A stretch of DNA of 25,953 nt from the NCBI GenBank assembly GCA_019358915.1, contig JAHHIM010000049.1:1-25953 (forward strand), in the 5' to 3' direction. The stretch is from Trichormus sp. ATA11-4-KO1. Its GTDB lineage: Bacteria > Cyanobacteriota > Cyanobacteriia > Cyanobacteriales > Nostocaceae. The notes beneath the pieces are model-generated. The model was not told the origin of the DNA and ran no database searches. It saw only the letters and a program-made list of their open reading frames with translations. How positions within the stretch are numbered: the stretch's first letter is position 1; every line of letters starts with the position of its first letter. The translations under genes were made by a program, and so were the position numbers. Shown here one piece after another: positions 16,770 to 25,953 of the stretch.

Positions 16770-19700
16770 CTATCTACGACGAATTAAGCCTACGCACAAA
16801 TGACGATCTTCCTCTTTCAAATCTGCACTATTTTGTAAATAATCTCTCACATACTCACAAGCCTGTGCCAACAATTTTTCAGGACTAGAATCAAAGTCTA
16901 AATTCCAGAGAGTAACTTTACCAAGGGAATCTGAGGAAGCCAAAACCTTTCCATCTGGGCTAAAACTCACACTTTTAACCCCAGCATCAAGACCTGAAAG
17001 AGTTTGCAGCACTTCTCCCTGAAGGTTCCACAGCTTGATTGACATATCTTCACTTGCCGTAGCGATCGTTTGTCCATGAGGACTAAAAATCGCTGTATTC
17101 ACCTCGCCTTTATGTCCCCACAGCGTCAATAGTTCTTTACCCTCTCGGTTCCAGAGTTTCACAGTTTTATCTTTACTGGCTGTGATGATCACCTGACTAT
17201 CAGGACTGAAACTCACAGTCTGTATTCCTGCTATGTGTCCTTTAAGAGTTACCAATTCTTTTCCTTGAAAACTCCAGAGTTTAACGGTTCCATCTTCACC
17301 GGCGGTAGCGATGATTTGACCATCAGGGCTAAAACTTACGCTTCTGACACCTGCTTGATGTCCGCGTAAAGTCATAATTTCTTTGCCATCCAGATTCCAC
17401 AGTTTAGCCGTTGTATCCCAACTAGCACTAGCGATTGTTTGACCATCAGGGCTAAAACTTGCACTTCTCACATCTGCTTGATGTCCGCGTAAAGTCACTA
17501 TTTCTTTTCCCAATAAATTCCACAGTTTGACAGTTTTGTCTCGACTGGCGGTAACGACCATTTGACCACTAGGGCTGAATTGGAGGCTTCTTAACGTATC
17601 GCTATGACCACTAAGTGTTAACAGTTCCTTTCCTTGGCGGTTCCAGAGTTTCGCCATTGTGTAACGACCAGTTGTACCAAGAGTTTTACCATCAAGACTA
17701 AAACTGACACTTCCCGCAGCAGCTTCGCCAAGATTGAGAATTAGAGATTGAAATTTTTCCGATTCCTCATGAGCCATATTCCACAATCTCACAGTTCCAT
17801 CTTCGCCACTGCTTGCCACGAGTTGCCCATCTCGACTTAAATTTACACCCCAGACAGCATCTGTATGTCCGTGAAAAATGTGCAATTCCTCGCCTTTGCG
17901 GTTCCAGAGTCGAATTGTTTTATCCCAACTGCTTGTAGCAATGGTTTGACCATCGTGACTGAAGACTGCACTGGCAACTGTATCATTATGACCGTGCAGT
18001 GTCGCCAGTTCCTTACCGTCCAAATCCCAAATTTTTGCAGTTTTGTCTCGACTCGTCGTCACCAAATTCTTACCATCCCGGCTGAAATTAACATACATTA
18101 TCCAATGTTTATGATCTTCCAGGCTCAATAATTCTTTGCCATTCAAATCCCACACCTTTGCCGTACCATCCCGACTGGCGGTAGCAATCATATTTCCCTT
18201 GGGACTGAAATGAATAGCAACAGCCGGGGCTTTATGGGTGGGAAAAGATTTTAACTCCTGCCCTTGTAGGTTCCAGAGTCTCATTGTCCCGTTCCATTCC
18301 ATTGATGCCACTGTCTTGCTATCAGGGCTAAATCCCACACACGCTACCCAATCTTGATGATTTAAGGTGATTAGTTCTTGACCATCTTCCACACGCCAGA
18401 CTTTCACGGTTTTGTCTCGACTAGCACTGACCAACAGCTTACCATCAGGGCTAAAATTAATACTCCAGACTGCATCTGTATGTCCACGCAGAGTTTGAAG
18501 TAACTTACCGTCACGCTGCCAAATTTTTATGGTTTTATCCCAACTGGCACTGGCGAGTTTTTGCCCATCAGGACTAAATTTGACTCTTGTAACTACATCA
18601 CTATGATCCAGCAAACGATTACGTTCGCGCACCCAATAAAGAGATTGACGTAAGTTTTTTTCTACTCGCACCTTTAATTCTGTATCTGCGTTTTCCCATC
18701 CTAGATTGTTTAACTTGATACTAGCCTTTAAACTTTCGATTAAAGCATCAAAGTTATTATGGGACTCAAAAGCTGTTTCTGAAGCCAGAGTTAAAGCTTT
18801 AATCTCACCCAAGCTGACCTGTTGTTTTTGTTGGGCGGTTTGCCATGTTAGTAACCCTGATAAGCCCAAGAGGGTGACGGTTACTAAAGACAGTGCAGAT
18901 AATCCCACCACTCCCCGACGAATCGTTTGTTTAGCTTGCTGTTCCGCATCGAGAAGGATTTGATTAGCCTGTTGCGATGCAATTAGCGCACTCTGTACCT
19001 CACGTTTTTCTAATTCCTCGCTAGCAGCTAAAAACCGATAATCTATGTTACTCAAACTTTTACCCTTAGCCCAAGTTTGGGCATCTTTGAGGGCTTGTCC
19101 TCGCAAGAGATGGGTTTCATCCTGATAATTAGACGCTACCCACTGATTAAGTAAATCTGCGTAGGGACGTAATTTCTTTAATTGCTTTTGTACCCACTCT
19201 ATATTAAAAACTTCTTGATAAATACGATTGTAAACTTGTAATTTACCTTGTTTTTTAACAACTAAACCTGATAGGAGTAACTCAATTTTTTCTGGCGAAT
19301 CATCGGCTGGTACACCACCATTTTGTAATATTTGCAGATATAGTCCTAGTAGCCTGCTAGCCCGTTGTTCATTGCACAGTAACCTGTCGCGGATTGTTCT
19401 TAAATGGGGCGGTTCATCCAGAGAAGCCCAGTTATCGATGATATGCGATCGCACTATAGCAGATACTTGATCGGCGATCGCCTCACTGGTAGTTAATATT
19501 TCCTGCATCAATTTTTTCAAGTAGGGCGATTCTATCCGAGAACAGTTTCCCTGTTGTCCTGTTCCTCCATCCCAATGCTGTGCGACTAATTGGCAGAGTT
19601 TCTGGGTCAGAAACGGCTGACCTCCTGTCCATGCAAGTATTTCTTTCAGTGCAGCCTGGGGATTTTCTACTTTATTTGCTAACCCTATTTCTAATGGTTG

Positions 19701-20333
19701 AACTTCTGCCAAATTGAACCCATTTAATTTAATTGCTCGTCCAATATTAAAAGGTGTGCGAGTTTTATCTGTAATTAAATCTGAAGGTGTGGCTACTCCC
19801 AACAAAGCAAAAGTAAATTGCTTATGGTCGTGACAAGCACGAATCAAAGCAAAAAAGTCATCCGTATTAAATGGTAAGCTAATAGTGCTATCGATTTCAT
19901 CGAAGAAAATTACAATCGGCTGCTGAATTAATTCAGGTAAAACAGATTGCAATAACTCACCCAAGCGACCCACAGGTGAAAAATCTTGTCTTTGGGCTAA
20001 CCAATTGCGGACATTAATTTGAGGTGAAAGCCGGAAACTCCTTACCAGGCGCATGATAATATCTGCATACCACTGGTCGGCTGTGATGTTGCTGTTGCCA
20101 ATTCCAGATAAATCAACCGTCGTGCAAGCAATACCATCTTCTTGCAGTCGTTTAGCCACCTGCACTCGTAAACTGGACTTGCCCATTTGACGACAGTTAA
20201 GGACGTAACAAAACGCACCAGCCCTTAAAGCATTGTAGAGTTCTTCATCAGCCTGCCGTACTACATAGCTGGGTGCATCAATGGGAAGACGACCGCCAAC
20301 ATGATATTCGTAGGTGGAAATCAGCTTCTGCAC
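16770..20333 (-). CDS. AAA-like (AAA_35-type) NTPase - coiled coil - transmembrane helix - 14 WD40 repeats
   Basis: YVVRQAD, Walker [10 protein letters not shown], Walker [52 protein letters not shown] (~18843-18920), 14 WD units. GTG start. Confidence 0.9.
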   Translation of the reverse strand: MQKLISTYEYHVGGRLPIDAPSYVVRQADEELYNALRAGAFCYVLNCRQMGKSSLRVQVAKRLQEDGIACTTVDLSGIGNSNITADQWYADIIMRLVRSFRLSPQINVRNWLAQRQDFSPVGRLGELLQSVLPELIQQPIVIFFDEIDSTISLPFNTDDFFALIRACHDHKQFTFALLGVATPSDLITDKTRTPFNIGRAIKLNGFNLAEVQPLEIGLANKVENPQAALKEILAWTGGQPFLTQKLCQLVAQHWDGGTGQQGNCSRIESPYLKKLMQEILTTSEAIADQVSAIVRSHIIDNWASLDEPPHLRTIRDRLLCNEQRASRLLGLYLQILQNGGVPADDSPEKIELLLSGLVVKKQGKLQVYNRIYQEVFNIEWVQKQLKKLRPYADLLNQWVASNYQDETHLLRGQALKDAQTWAKGKSLSNIDYRFLAASEELEKREVQSALIASQQANQILLDAEQQAKQTIRRGVVGLSALSLVTVTLLGLSGLLTWQTAQQKQQVSLGEIKALTLASETAFESHNNFDALIESLKASIKLNNLGWENADTELKVRVEKNLRQSLYWVRERNRLLDHSDVVTRVKFSPDGQKLASASWDKTIKIWQRDGKLLQTLRGHTDAVWSINFSPDGKLLVSASRDKTVKVWRVEDGQELITLNHQDWVACVGFSPDSKTVASMEWNGTMRLWNLQGQELKSFPTHKAPAVAIHFSPKGNMIATASRDGTAKVWDLNGKELLSLEDHKHWIMYVNFSRDGKNLVTTSRDKTAKIWDLDGKELATLHGHNDTVASAVFSHDGQTIATSSWDKTIRLWNRKGEELHIFHGHTDAVWGVNLSRDGQLVASSGEDGTVRLWNMAHEESEKFQSLILNLGEAAAGSVSFSLDGKTLGTTGRYTMAKLWNRQGKELLTLSGHSDTLRSLQFSPSGQMVVTASRDKTVKLWNLLGKEIVTLRGHQADVRSASFSPDGQTIASASWDTTAKLWNLDGKEIMTLRGHQAGVRSVSFSPDGQIIATAGEDGTVKLWSFQGKELVTLKGHIAGIQTVSFSPDSQVIITASKDKTVKLWNREGKELLTLWGHKGEVNTAIFSPHGQTIATASEDMSIKLWNLQGEVLQTLSGLDAGVKSVSFSPDGKVLASSDSLGKVTLWNLDFDSSPEKLLAQACEYVRDYLQNSADLKEEDRHLCVGLIRRR

Positions 20334-20392
20334 GGGTATTCCTGCCTTTCAAGTCTGAATCGATGCAATGTATCACGCTGTTGACTGTCATA

Positions 20393-20442
20393 TTTATAGA
20401 GGTTTTAGCTGTCACTGTCCATGTAGAAAAGTTAAGGATTTT
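20393..20442 (-). promoter_or_regulatory. Shared-motif promoter D (AAA-TM-WD40 gene)
   Basis: AAAATCCTTAACTTTT-CTACA-TGGACA-N17-TATAAA. Confidence 0.55.
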
Positions 20443-20500
20443 TCCAGAAACACAGGTGTAGGGGTGTGGGGGAGGAAAACTAATAATCGTGAATTCGATG

Positions 20501-20610
20501 AACCTCACCCCAACCCCTCTGTCTTGAAAAGTTCAGTTCGTCGCAGACATTGCCGTAGGCATTGCCGGAAGCCAGCGCTCCGACTTTCGCTCCGATGCAG
20601 AGAGGGGCTA
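20501..20610. repeat. Dispersed repeat (CCTCACCCCAACCCCTCT...AGAGGGG) enclosing a GC-rich insert
   Basis: Complementary arms CCCCTCT (20514-20520) / AGAGGGG (20601-20607) around ~80 nt of GC-rich sequence with a CATTGCCG duplication. Confidence 0.55.
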
Positions 20611-20694
20611 GGTAGTTAACTTTGGGGATGAGAAATTAAACTTTTGAATTTGTTATTTATCAATCTTGCAACAGTTAAGTGATTGATTGGCAAT

Positions 20695-20744
20695 AAATCC
20701 CTTAATTTTTCTATATCGACACTAAATCTTTTGCATTTTATAAA
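20695..20744 (+). promoter_or_regulatory. Shared-motif promoter E (FAAL-NRPS gene)
   Basis: AAATCCCTTAATTTTT-CTATA-TCGACA-N17-TATAAA. Confidence 0.55.
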
Positions 20745-20892
20745 AATAAAAGTTCGACAAACATCCAGAGTAGAAGGTTATGAATATGGCAAGTCAATGA
20801 AATAAAGCAATTCATAATTATCTACTTAATTCCAGTGATTGTTACCTCATAAAGCTCTAAAAACACGCAACAAATAAAGAGGATAAAAGTAT

Positions 20893-21642
20893 ATGAAGAA
20901 ATTTTTTGATAACTTAGTAGAGTTATTGCGCTATAGAGCAGTTAATCAGTCAGAAAAACAAGCCTTCTCATTCTTAGTTAATGGACAGCAAGAGACTGAT
21001 TTTACCTATCAAGAATTAGATTTAAAAGCTAGAGCGATCGCAGTCGCCCTGAAAAATATTACAACCATCGGGGACAGAGTGCTGCTAATTTATCCCCCCG
21101 GATTAGAATTTATCGCTGCCTTCTTTGGCTGTCTATACGCTGGAGTCATTGCAGCCCCAGCTTATCCACCCAGACAAAATAAATCTCTATCTCGCTTGCA
21201 GGCGGTAGTAGCTGATGCACAAGCCACAGTTGCACTTACCACTACAACCGCTTTATCTAACATTGAAGGACAATTAACTAACTTAACTAATTTACAATCT
21301 CTGCATTGGCTAGCTACTGATAACATCAATACTGATTTAGCCAACTCATGGCAACAGCCACAAATCAATAGCAACTCCTTAGCTTTTCTACAATACACCT
21401 CTGGTTCTACCGGGATGCCAAAAGGCGTGATGGTTAGCCACGACAACCTTCTGCACAATTTAGCCTCAATTTATCATTGTTTTGGCCATTCGCCCCATAG
21501 CCAAGGTGTTATTTGGTTGCCTCCTTATCACGATATGGGGTTAATTGGTGGCATTCTCCAGCCTATTTACGGAGGCTTCCCAGTCACACTAATGTCACCA
21601 GTGGATTTTTTGCAAAAGCCTTTTCAATGGTCAATACCTTAG
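20893..21642 (+). pseudogene. Fatty acyl-AMP ligase (FAAL), N-terminal fragment cut by a MITE
   Basis: LAFLQYTSGSTGMPKGVMVSH, WLPPYHDMGLIG. Genuine coding sequence ends at 21631 and the stop lies inside the MITE IR. Confidence 0.9.
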
Positions 21643-21882
21643 CCAATTTACGAGGGTGAGATGATGATGCTTTAACCATTAACTCCCATTTCTCGCTCGG
21701 CTTGGCAAAAACAATCAGCCATAAAAATTCCTTTAAGGTTTCCCACAAGGGTTTTTTAACGTATTGACAGCAGGATAAGGGTTTGGGATGACAAACTACC
21801 TTTTTATCGAAACGCTTATGTATGCTTATTTTTGCCAGTTTTGCCAAAAATTATCAAGGCTCTTATTTTGGCTAAGGTATTG
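21632..21882. mobile_element. 251-bp non-autonomous IS derivative (MITE)
   Basis: Perfect 15-bp IRs CAATACCTTAGCCAA / TTGGCTAAGGTATTG and 6-bp target duplication AATGGT (21626-21631, 21883-21888). Excision restores [25 protein letters not shown]. Confidence 0.92.
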
Positions 21883-23399
21883 AATGGTTAGAAGCAATTT
21901 CTCGCTATAAAGCTACTACCAGTGGAGGTCCCAATTTTGCCTATGACTTATGTGTGCGTAAAATCACACCAGAACAACGAGAAACTCTCGACTTGAGTAG
22001 TTGGGAAGTAGCTTTTAATGGTGCTGAACCAATTCGGGCGGAAACACTAACAAAGTTTGTAGAAACATTTGCACCATGCGGTTTTCGTGCTAGTAGCTTT
22101 TACCCTTGCTATGGCATGGCTGAAACAACCTTAATTATAGCTGGTGGTGTGAAAACCAACCCACCGATGCTAACAAGTATTGATGGCAAAGCATTGTTAG
22201 AAAATCATGTAGCTCCAGCATCTCAAATTAATAATTATACTCAAACCCTAGTGAGTTCTGGTCACAATATAGAACATCATGAGATTGTGATCGTTCATCC
22301 TGAAACATTGCAACATTGTTCTGATGATGAAGTAGGAGAAATTTGGGTTAGAGGTGCAAGTGTCGCTCAAGGATATTGGCAGAAAACTGAAGAAATACAA
22401 GCTACTTTTCGTGCTTATTTAACAGATACCAAAGAAGGGCCATTTCTACGGACTGGTGATTTAGGATTCTTGCAGAATGGAGAATTATTTGTGACTGGGA
22501 GGTTGAAAGATTTAATTATTGTTCGCGGACGGAATTATTATCCCCAGGATATTGAACTGACTATAGAAAAAAGTCATCCCGCACTTAAATCTAGTTCTAG
22601 TGCTGCTTTCTCAGTTGAAATTAATGGACAAGAACAATTAGTAGTTGCTTGTGAGGTAGAACGTCAATATTTACGAAAACTAGATGGTGATGCGATCGCC
22701 AAAAATATTATCCAAGCTGTCGGGGAAGAACATGAACTGCAAGTTCACACTGTATTATTACTAAAAACAGGAAGTATCCCCAAAACCTCTAGCGGTAAAA
22801 TTCGCCGTCGTGCTTGTCGCGCTAGTTTTATAGCTGGAGATTTAAATATTATCTGGGATTGGAGTAAGAATCCTGAAAATAAATCAGAGTTCCGTAATTT
22901 GCTGGCAGAGGTAGATGCTTTAAAGCAGCAAATAAAATGTCAAAAACAGGAGAAGGAAGTAGTAAAAGTATCTCCAGAATTAGAGAATATCCGCGTCAAA
23001 TTACGCAATATTGTAGCGAATTTATTACAGGTAGACTTTGCCGAAGTTGATATTTATCAACCTTTAATAGCAATGGGTGTAGATTCTCTAGTAATGGCTG
23101 AAGCTGCTGAAACTATAGAAAATTTGTTTGGGATTAATATTGAACTACGCCAATTGTTTGAAGATTTAACAACTCTTGATGCTTTGGCTAATTACATCAG
23201 TCAAAATCAATCTTCATCAGCTAATTTAACAGCTTCAATACCAGTTAATCTTACACAAAAAATATCAGAGGAAGAAACTATAGTTCCTCTTTCCGAAGCT
23301 CAAAAACAACTTTGGGTTTTGGCACAAATGGAAGATAATGGTTCGCTGGCTTATAATGTCAGAACTTTGACACCAGACTCAAACCACCTATGCAATTAA
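21883..23399 (+). pseudogene. FAAL C-terminal part + acyl carrier domain + first residues of a condensation domain
   Basis: PCYGMAE, FLRTGDLGF, GRLKDLII, PKTSSGKI, ACP motif MGVDSL, C1 motif PLSEAQKQLW...AYNV, then a frameshift. The ORF track shows 21954-23399. Confidence 0.88.
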
Positions 23400-25873
23400 G
23401 AGAATACATTGAGTGGCAAGAGCAGCAAAGTAACACACCAGAAATGAAACTGCATGAATCCTATTGGTTAGAACGATTTTCAGCTACAGTTCCTATTTTA
23501 GACTTACCGACAGACCGTCCTCATCCACCCATAAAGACTTATAAAGGTAGCAGAATAACTATTCAGCTTGATGCTAATTTATTCCGTCAAGTCAAGAAAT
23601 TTAGTCAAGAAAATAGTTGTACTTTGTTGATGACTCTTTTATCTTTATACACTACTTTACTGCACAGATTAACAGGTCAAGAAGATATTGTAGTTGGCGT
23701 TCCGGCCTCTGGAAGATTTAAAGGGAGTGAAGAACTTGTAGGTTATTGTTCTCACTTATTACCAATTAGAAGTTACATTGATGAAAATGTGACATTTTTA
23801 CAGCATTTGCAAATTACTAAAACTGAATTGTTAAATGCTTACGAACATCAAGATTATCCTTTTGCTAGGTTAATTGAAACACTGAAAACAACCGAAAATA
23901 AAAGTTTATCACCTCTAGTCACAGCAGTATTCAACTTAAACCGACCTTTAGCTGTGCCGCAGATGTTTGGAGTTGAGACAAGTTTATTATCTCAACCTGT
24001 TAGTTTTTTGGATCATGATATTTGTCTTAATGTCAGTGAGATAGACGGTGAATTGATTTTAGATTGTGATTACAATACTGACTTATTTGATGCCAGCACT
24101 ATTAATGGCATACTAGAAATTTTCCAAATATTTTTGGAAAAAACTGTAACTAATCCTGATCAGTTGCTAGCTACTATCCCCCTATTAAACGAATCTCAAC
24201 GCCATCAATTATTGGTAGAATTTAACAAAACTAACAAAGAATATCCTCAAAATAAGTGCATTCATGAATTATTTGCGGAGCAAGTAGAAAAAACACCGGA
24301 TGCGGTTGCTGTTGTATCTGGAGAGCAAAAACTTACTTACCGAGAATTAAATCACCGTGCTAACCAACTAGCGAATTATCTGCAAACACTGGGAGTGAAA
24401 CCAGAAGTATTAGTAGGAATTTGCATTGAATCTTCTTGGGAAATGATGGTGGGAATGTTAGGTATTCTCAAAGCTGGTGGTGCTTATGTACCGCTTGACC
24501 CTAGTTATCCCCAAGAACGCTTGGATTATATTTTGTCTGATTCTCGTGTGTCAGTTTTATTAACGACTGAGAATTTGCTGGCACAATTGCCTACATATGG
24601 AGCCAAAGTTATCTGTTTAGATACACAATGGGAAGCAATTTCTAGTTATAGTCAAGCAAATCTTCAGTCTGATGTGCAGCCCAGCAACCTTGGTTATATA
24701 ATTTACACTTCTGGTTCTACAGGCAAGCCCAAAGGAGTGTTAGTTACACATCAGAATTTAGTAAATCATAGTAGCGCGATCACTCGAAAATTTCACCTCA
24801 CATCCCAAGATAAAGTCCTGCAATTTGCCGCTTTCAGTTTTGATGTTGCGCTCGAAGAAATCTTCCCTTCTTGGTTAAGTGGTGCAACAGTAGTATTACG
24901 CCCCCAACAAATGTTTGCTTCTTTTGCAGACTTTGTAGAATTTATCAACACTCAAGGTTTGACCGTATTAAATTTACCCGCAACATTTTGGCATGAATGG
25001 GTCTTAGATTTAGCTCAATCCCCAGACTTTTTACCAAGGTGTTTACGCTTGGTGGTTGTAGGTAGCGAACAAGTTAGATGGGAACGACTAGCTATTTGGC
25101 AAAAACACATTGGTAATCGTATCAAAATACTCAATGCTTACGGCCCCACCGAAGCCACAATTACAGCCACAATTTATGAACCAGACTTGAGAAAGCTAAA
25201 CAATCAAACTGGTGGTATACCCATCGGTTGTCCTATCGACAATACTCAAGTTTATATTCTTGATCGGAATCTGCAACCAGTACCTGTTGGTGTTGTTGGT
25301 GAATTATACATTGCTGGTGCTGGTGTTGCTAGAGGTTATCTCAACCGTCCTGAATTAACCAAAGAAAAGTTTATTAAAAATCAATTTGGTGATTCCAAAT
25401 TGTATAAAACAGGCGATTTGGCGCGTTACTTAAAGGATGGCAATATTGAATTTATTGGGCGCATTGATAACCAAGTTAAAATTCGCGGTTTCCGAATTGA
25501 ACTAGGAGAAATTGAGTCTATTCTCAATACTTATCCCCAGGTAAAACAAGCAATAGTCATTGCCAGAGAAGATAATCCTGGTAACAAGCGATTAGTAGCT
25601 TATGTAGTTGCTAACACTGATACACTTGATACTCAGCAACTGCACTCTGAACTCAAACAGAAATTACCGAATTATATGCTTCCTAGTGCATTTGTAACCC
25701 TCGATGCACTACCCTTGACTCCTAACGGTAAAGTAGACCGTAAAGCATTACCAGCACCAGATAAAAATACAGTAATAGATGTAGTTTCACCTACAGGACT
25801 TACGCAACTGGCACAAATAGGGGGCAGGGCTGCGCCTTACCTGGTGACAATTCAAATCAAACCAAGCACATAA
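23390..25873 (+). pseudogene. NRPS fragment: C-terminal half of a condensation domain + adenylation domain, no PCP
   Basis: YWL..F..LDLPTDRP, AYEHQDYPF, LTYREL, YTSGSTGKPKG, NAYGPTE, YKTGDL, NGKVDR. No GGxS/DSL PCP motif before the stop. Confidence 0.85.
25794..25840 (+). mobile_element. Terminus of a MITE-like element plus REP-like hairpin truncating the NRPS
   Basis: CAGGACTTACGCAACTGGCACA resembles a common cyanobacterial AGGACTTACGCA element end (from memory). It is followed by the palindrome TAGGGGGCAGGGCTGCGCCTTAC. The other end was not seen in the window. Confidence 0.6.
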
Positions 25874-25953
25874 GAATACTTGGACGTTTTAGTTGCTGAA
25901 TTAAATAATTAGAAAGCAAGTTATGCTTGATTTGATAAATAGTTTGACCAGTG

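Noticed and set aside
20273..20619. Three short ORFs (62, 76, 83 aa)
   Set aside because: They overlap the AAA-WD40 start, promoter D and a dispersed repeat, and show no protein motifs.
210..21458. Remaining short antisense or alternate-frame ORFs (e.g. 210-404, 1420-1692, 4474-4758, 9244-9519, 13213-13459, 17865-18131, 21162-21458)
   Set aside because: Shadows of well-supported genes with no recognisable motifs.
21584..21847. 87-aa minus-strand ORF
   Set aside because: Lies in the MITE and reads out through its IR. At most a transposase relic.
173..22699. Frequent GCGATCGC palindromes
   Set aside because: Ordinary cyanobacterial HIP1 sites, useful only as a taxonomic clue.

Overview
Accessory-type region from a filamentous (Nostocales-like) cyanobacterium, judged from many HIP1 GCGATCGC sites, STRR-type short repeats, a PEP-CTERM protein and an Rbp gene. 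The left part (1-5.6 kb) has a probably truncated RHH-like gene, an IS4 remnant, an MGT-family glycosyltransferase, an RRM RNA-binding protein, a small Zn-ribbon ORF, msrA, and a membrane-protein gene split by a complete 1488-bp IS4 element. The centre (5.8-20.4 kb) is a P-loop NTPase/WD40 island: an HTH-AAA_35-type protein, a MinD/ParA ATPase, a coiled-coil protein, a pyridoxamine-oxidase-family flavoprotein, an HTH-NB-ARC-14xWD40 NLR-like protein, a signal-less MACPF protein, a DUF4278-like protein, a spondin/PEP-CTERM protein and a membrane-spanning AAA_35-TM-14xWD40 protein. The right part is a FAAL-ACP-C-A lipopeptide NRPS broken three times (MITE insertion, internal deletion, terminal truncation). 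The main unexplained signal is a shared promoter architecture (conserved ~16-nt box, TCGACW -35, 17-18 nt spacer, TATAAA-like -10) in front of five consecutive genes: MACPF, DUF4278, spondin, AAA-WD40 and the NRPS. This suggests a regulon, possibly run by the paired membrane AAA-WD40 and HTH-AAA proteins. All family calls are from motif recognition by eye; no database searches were run.
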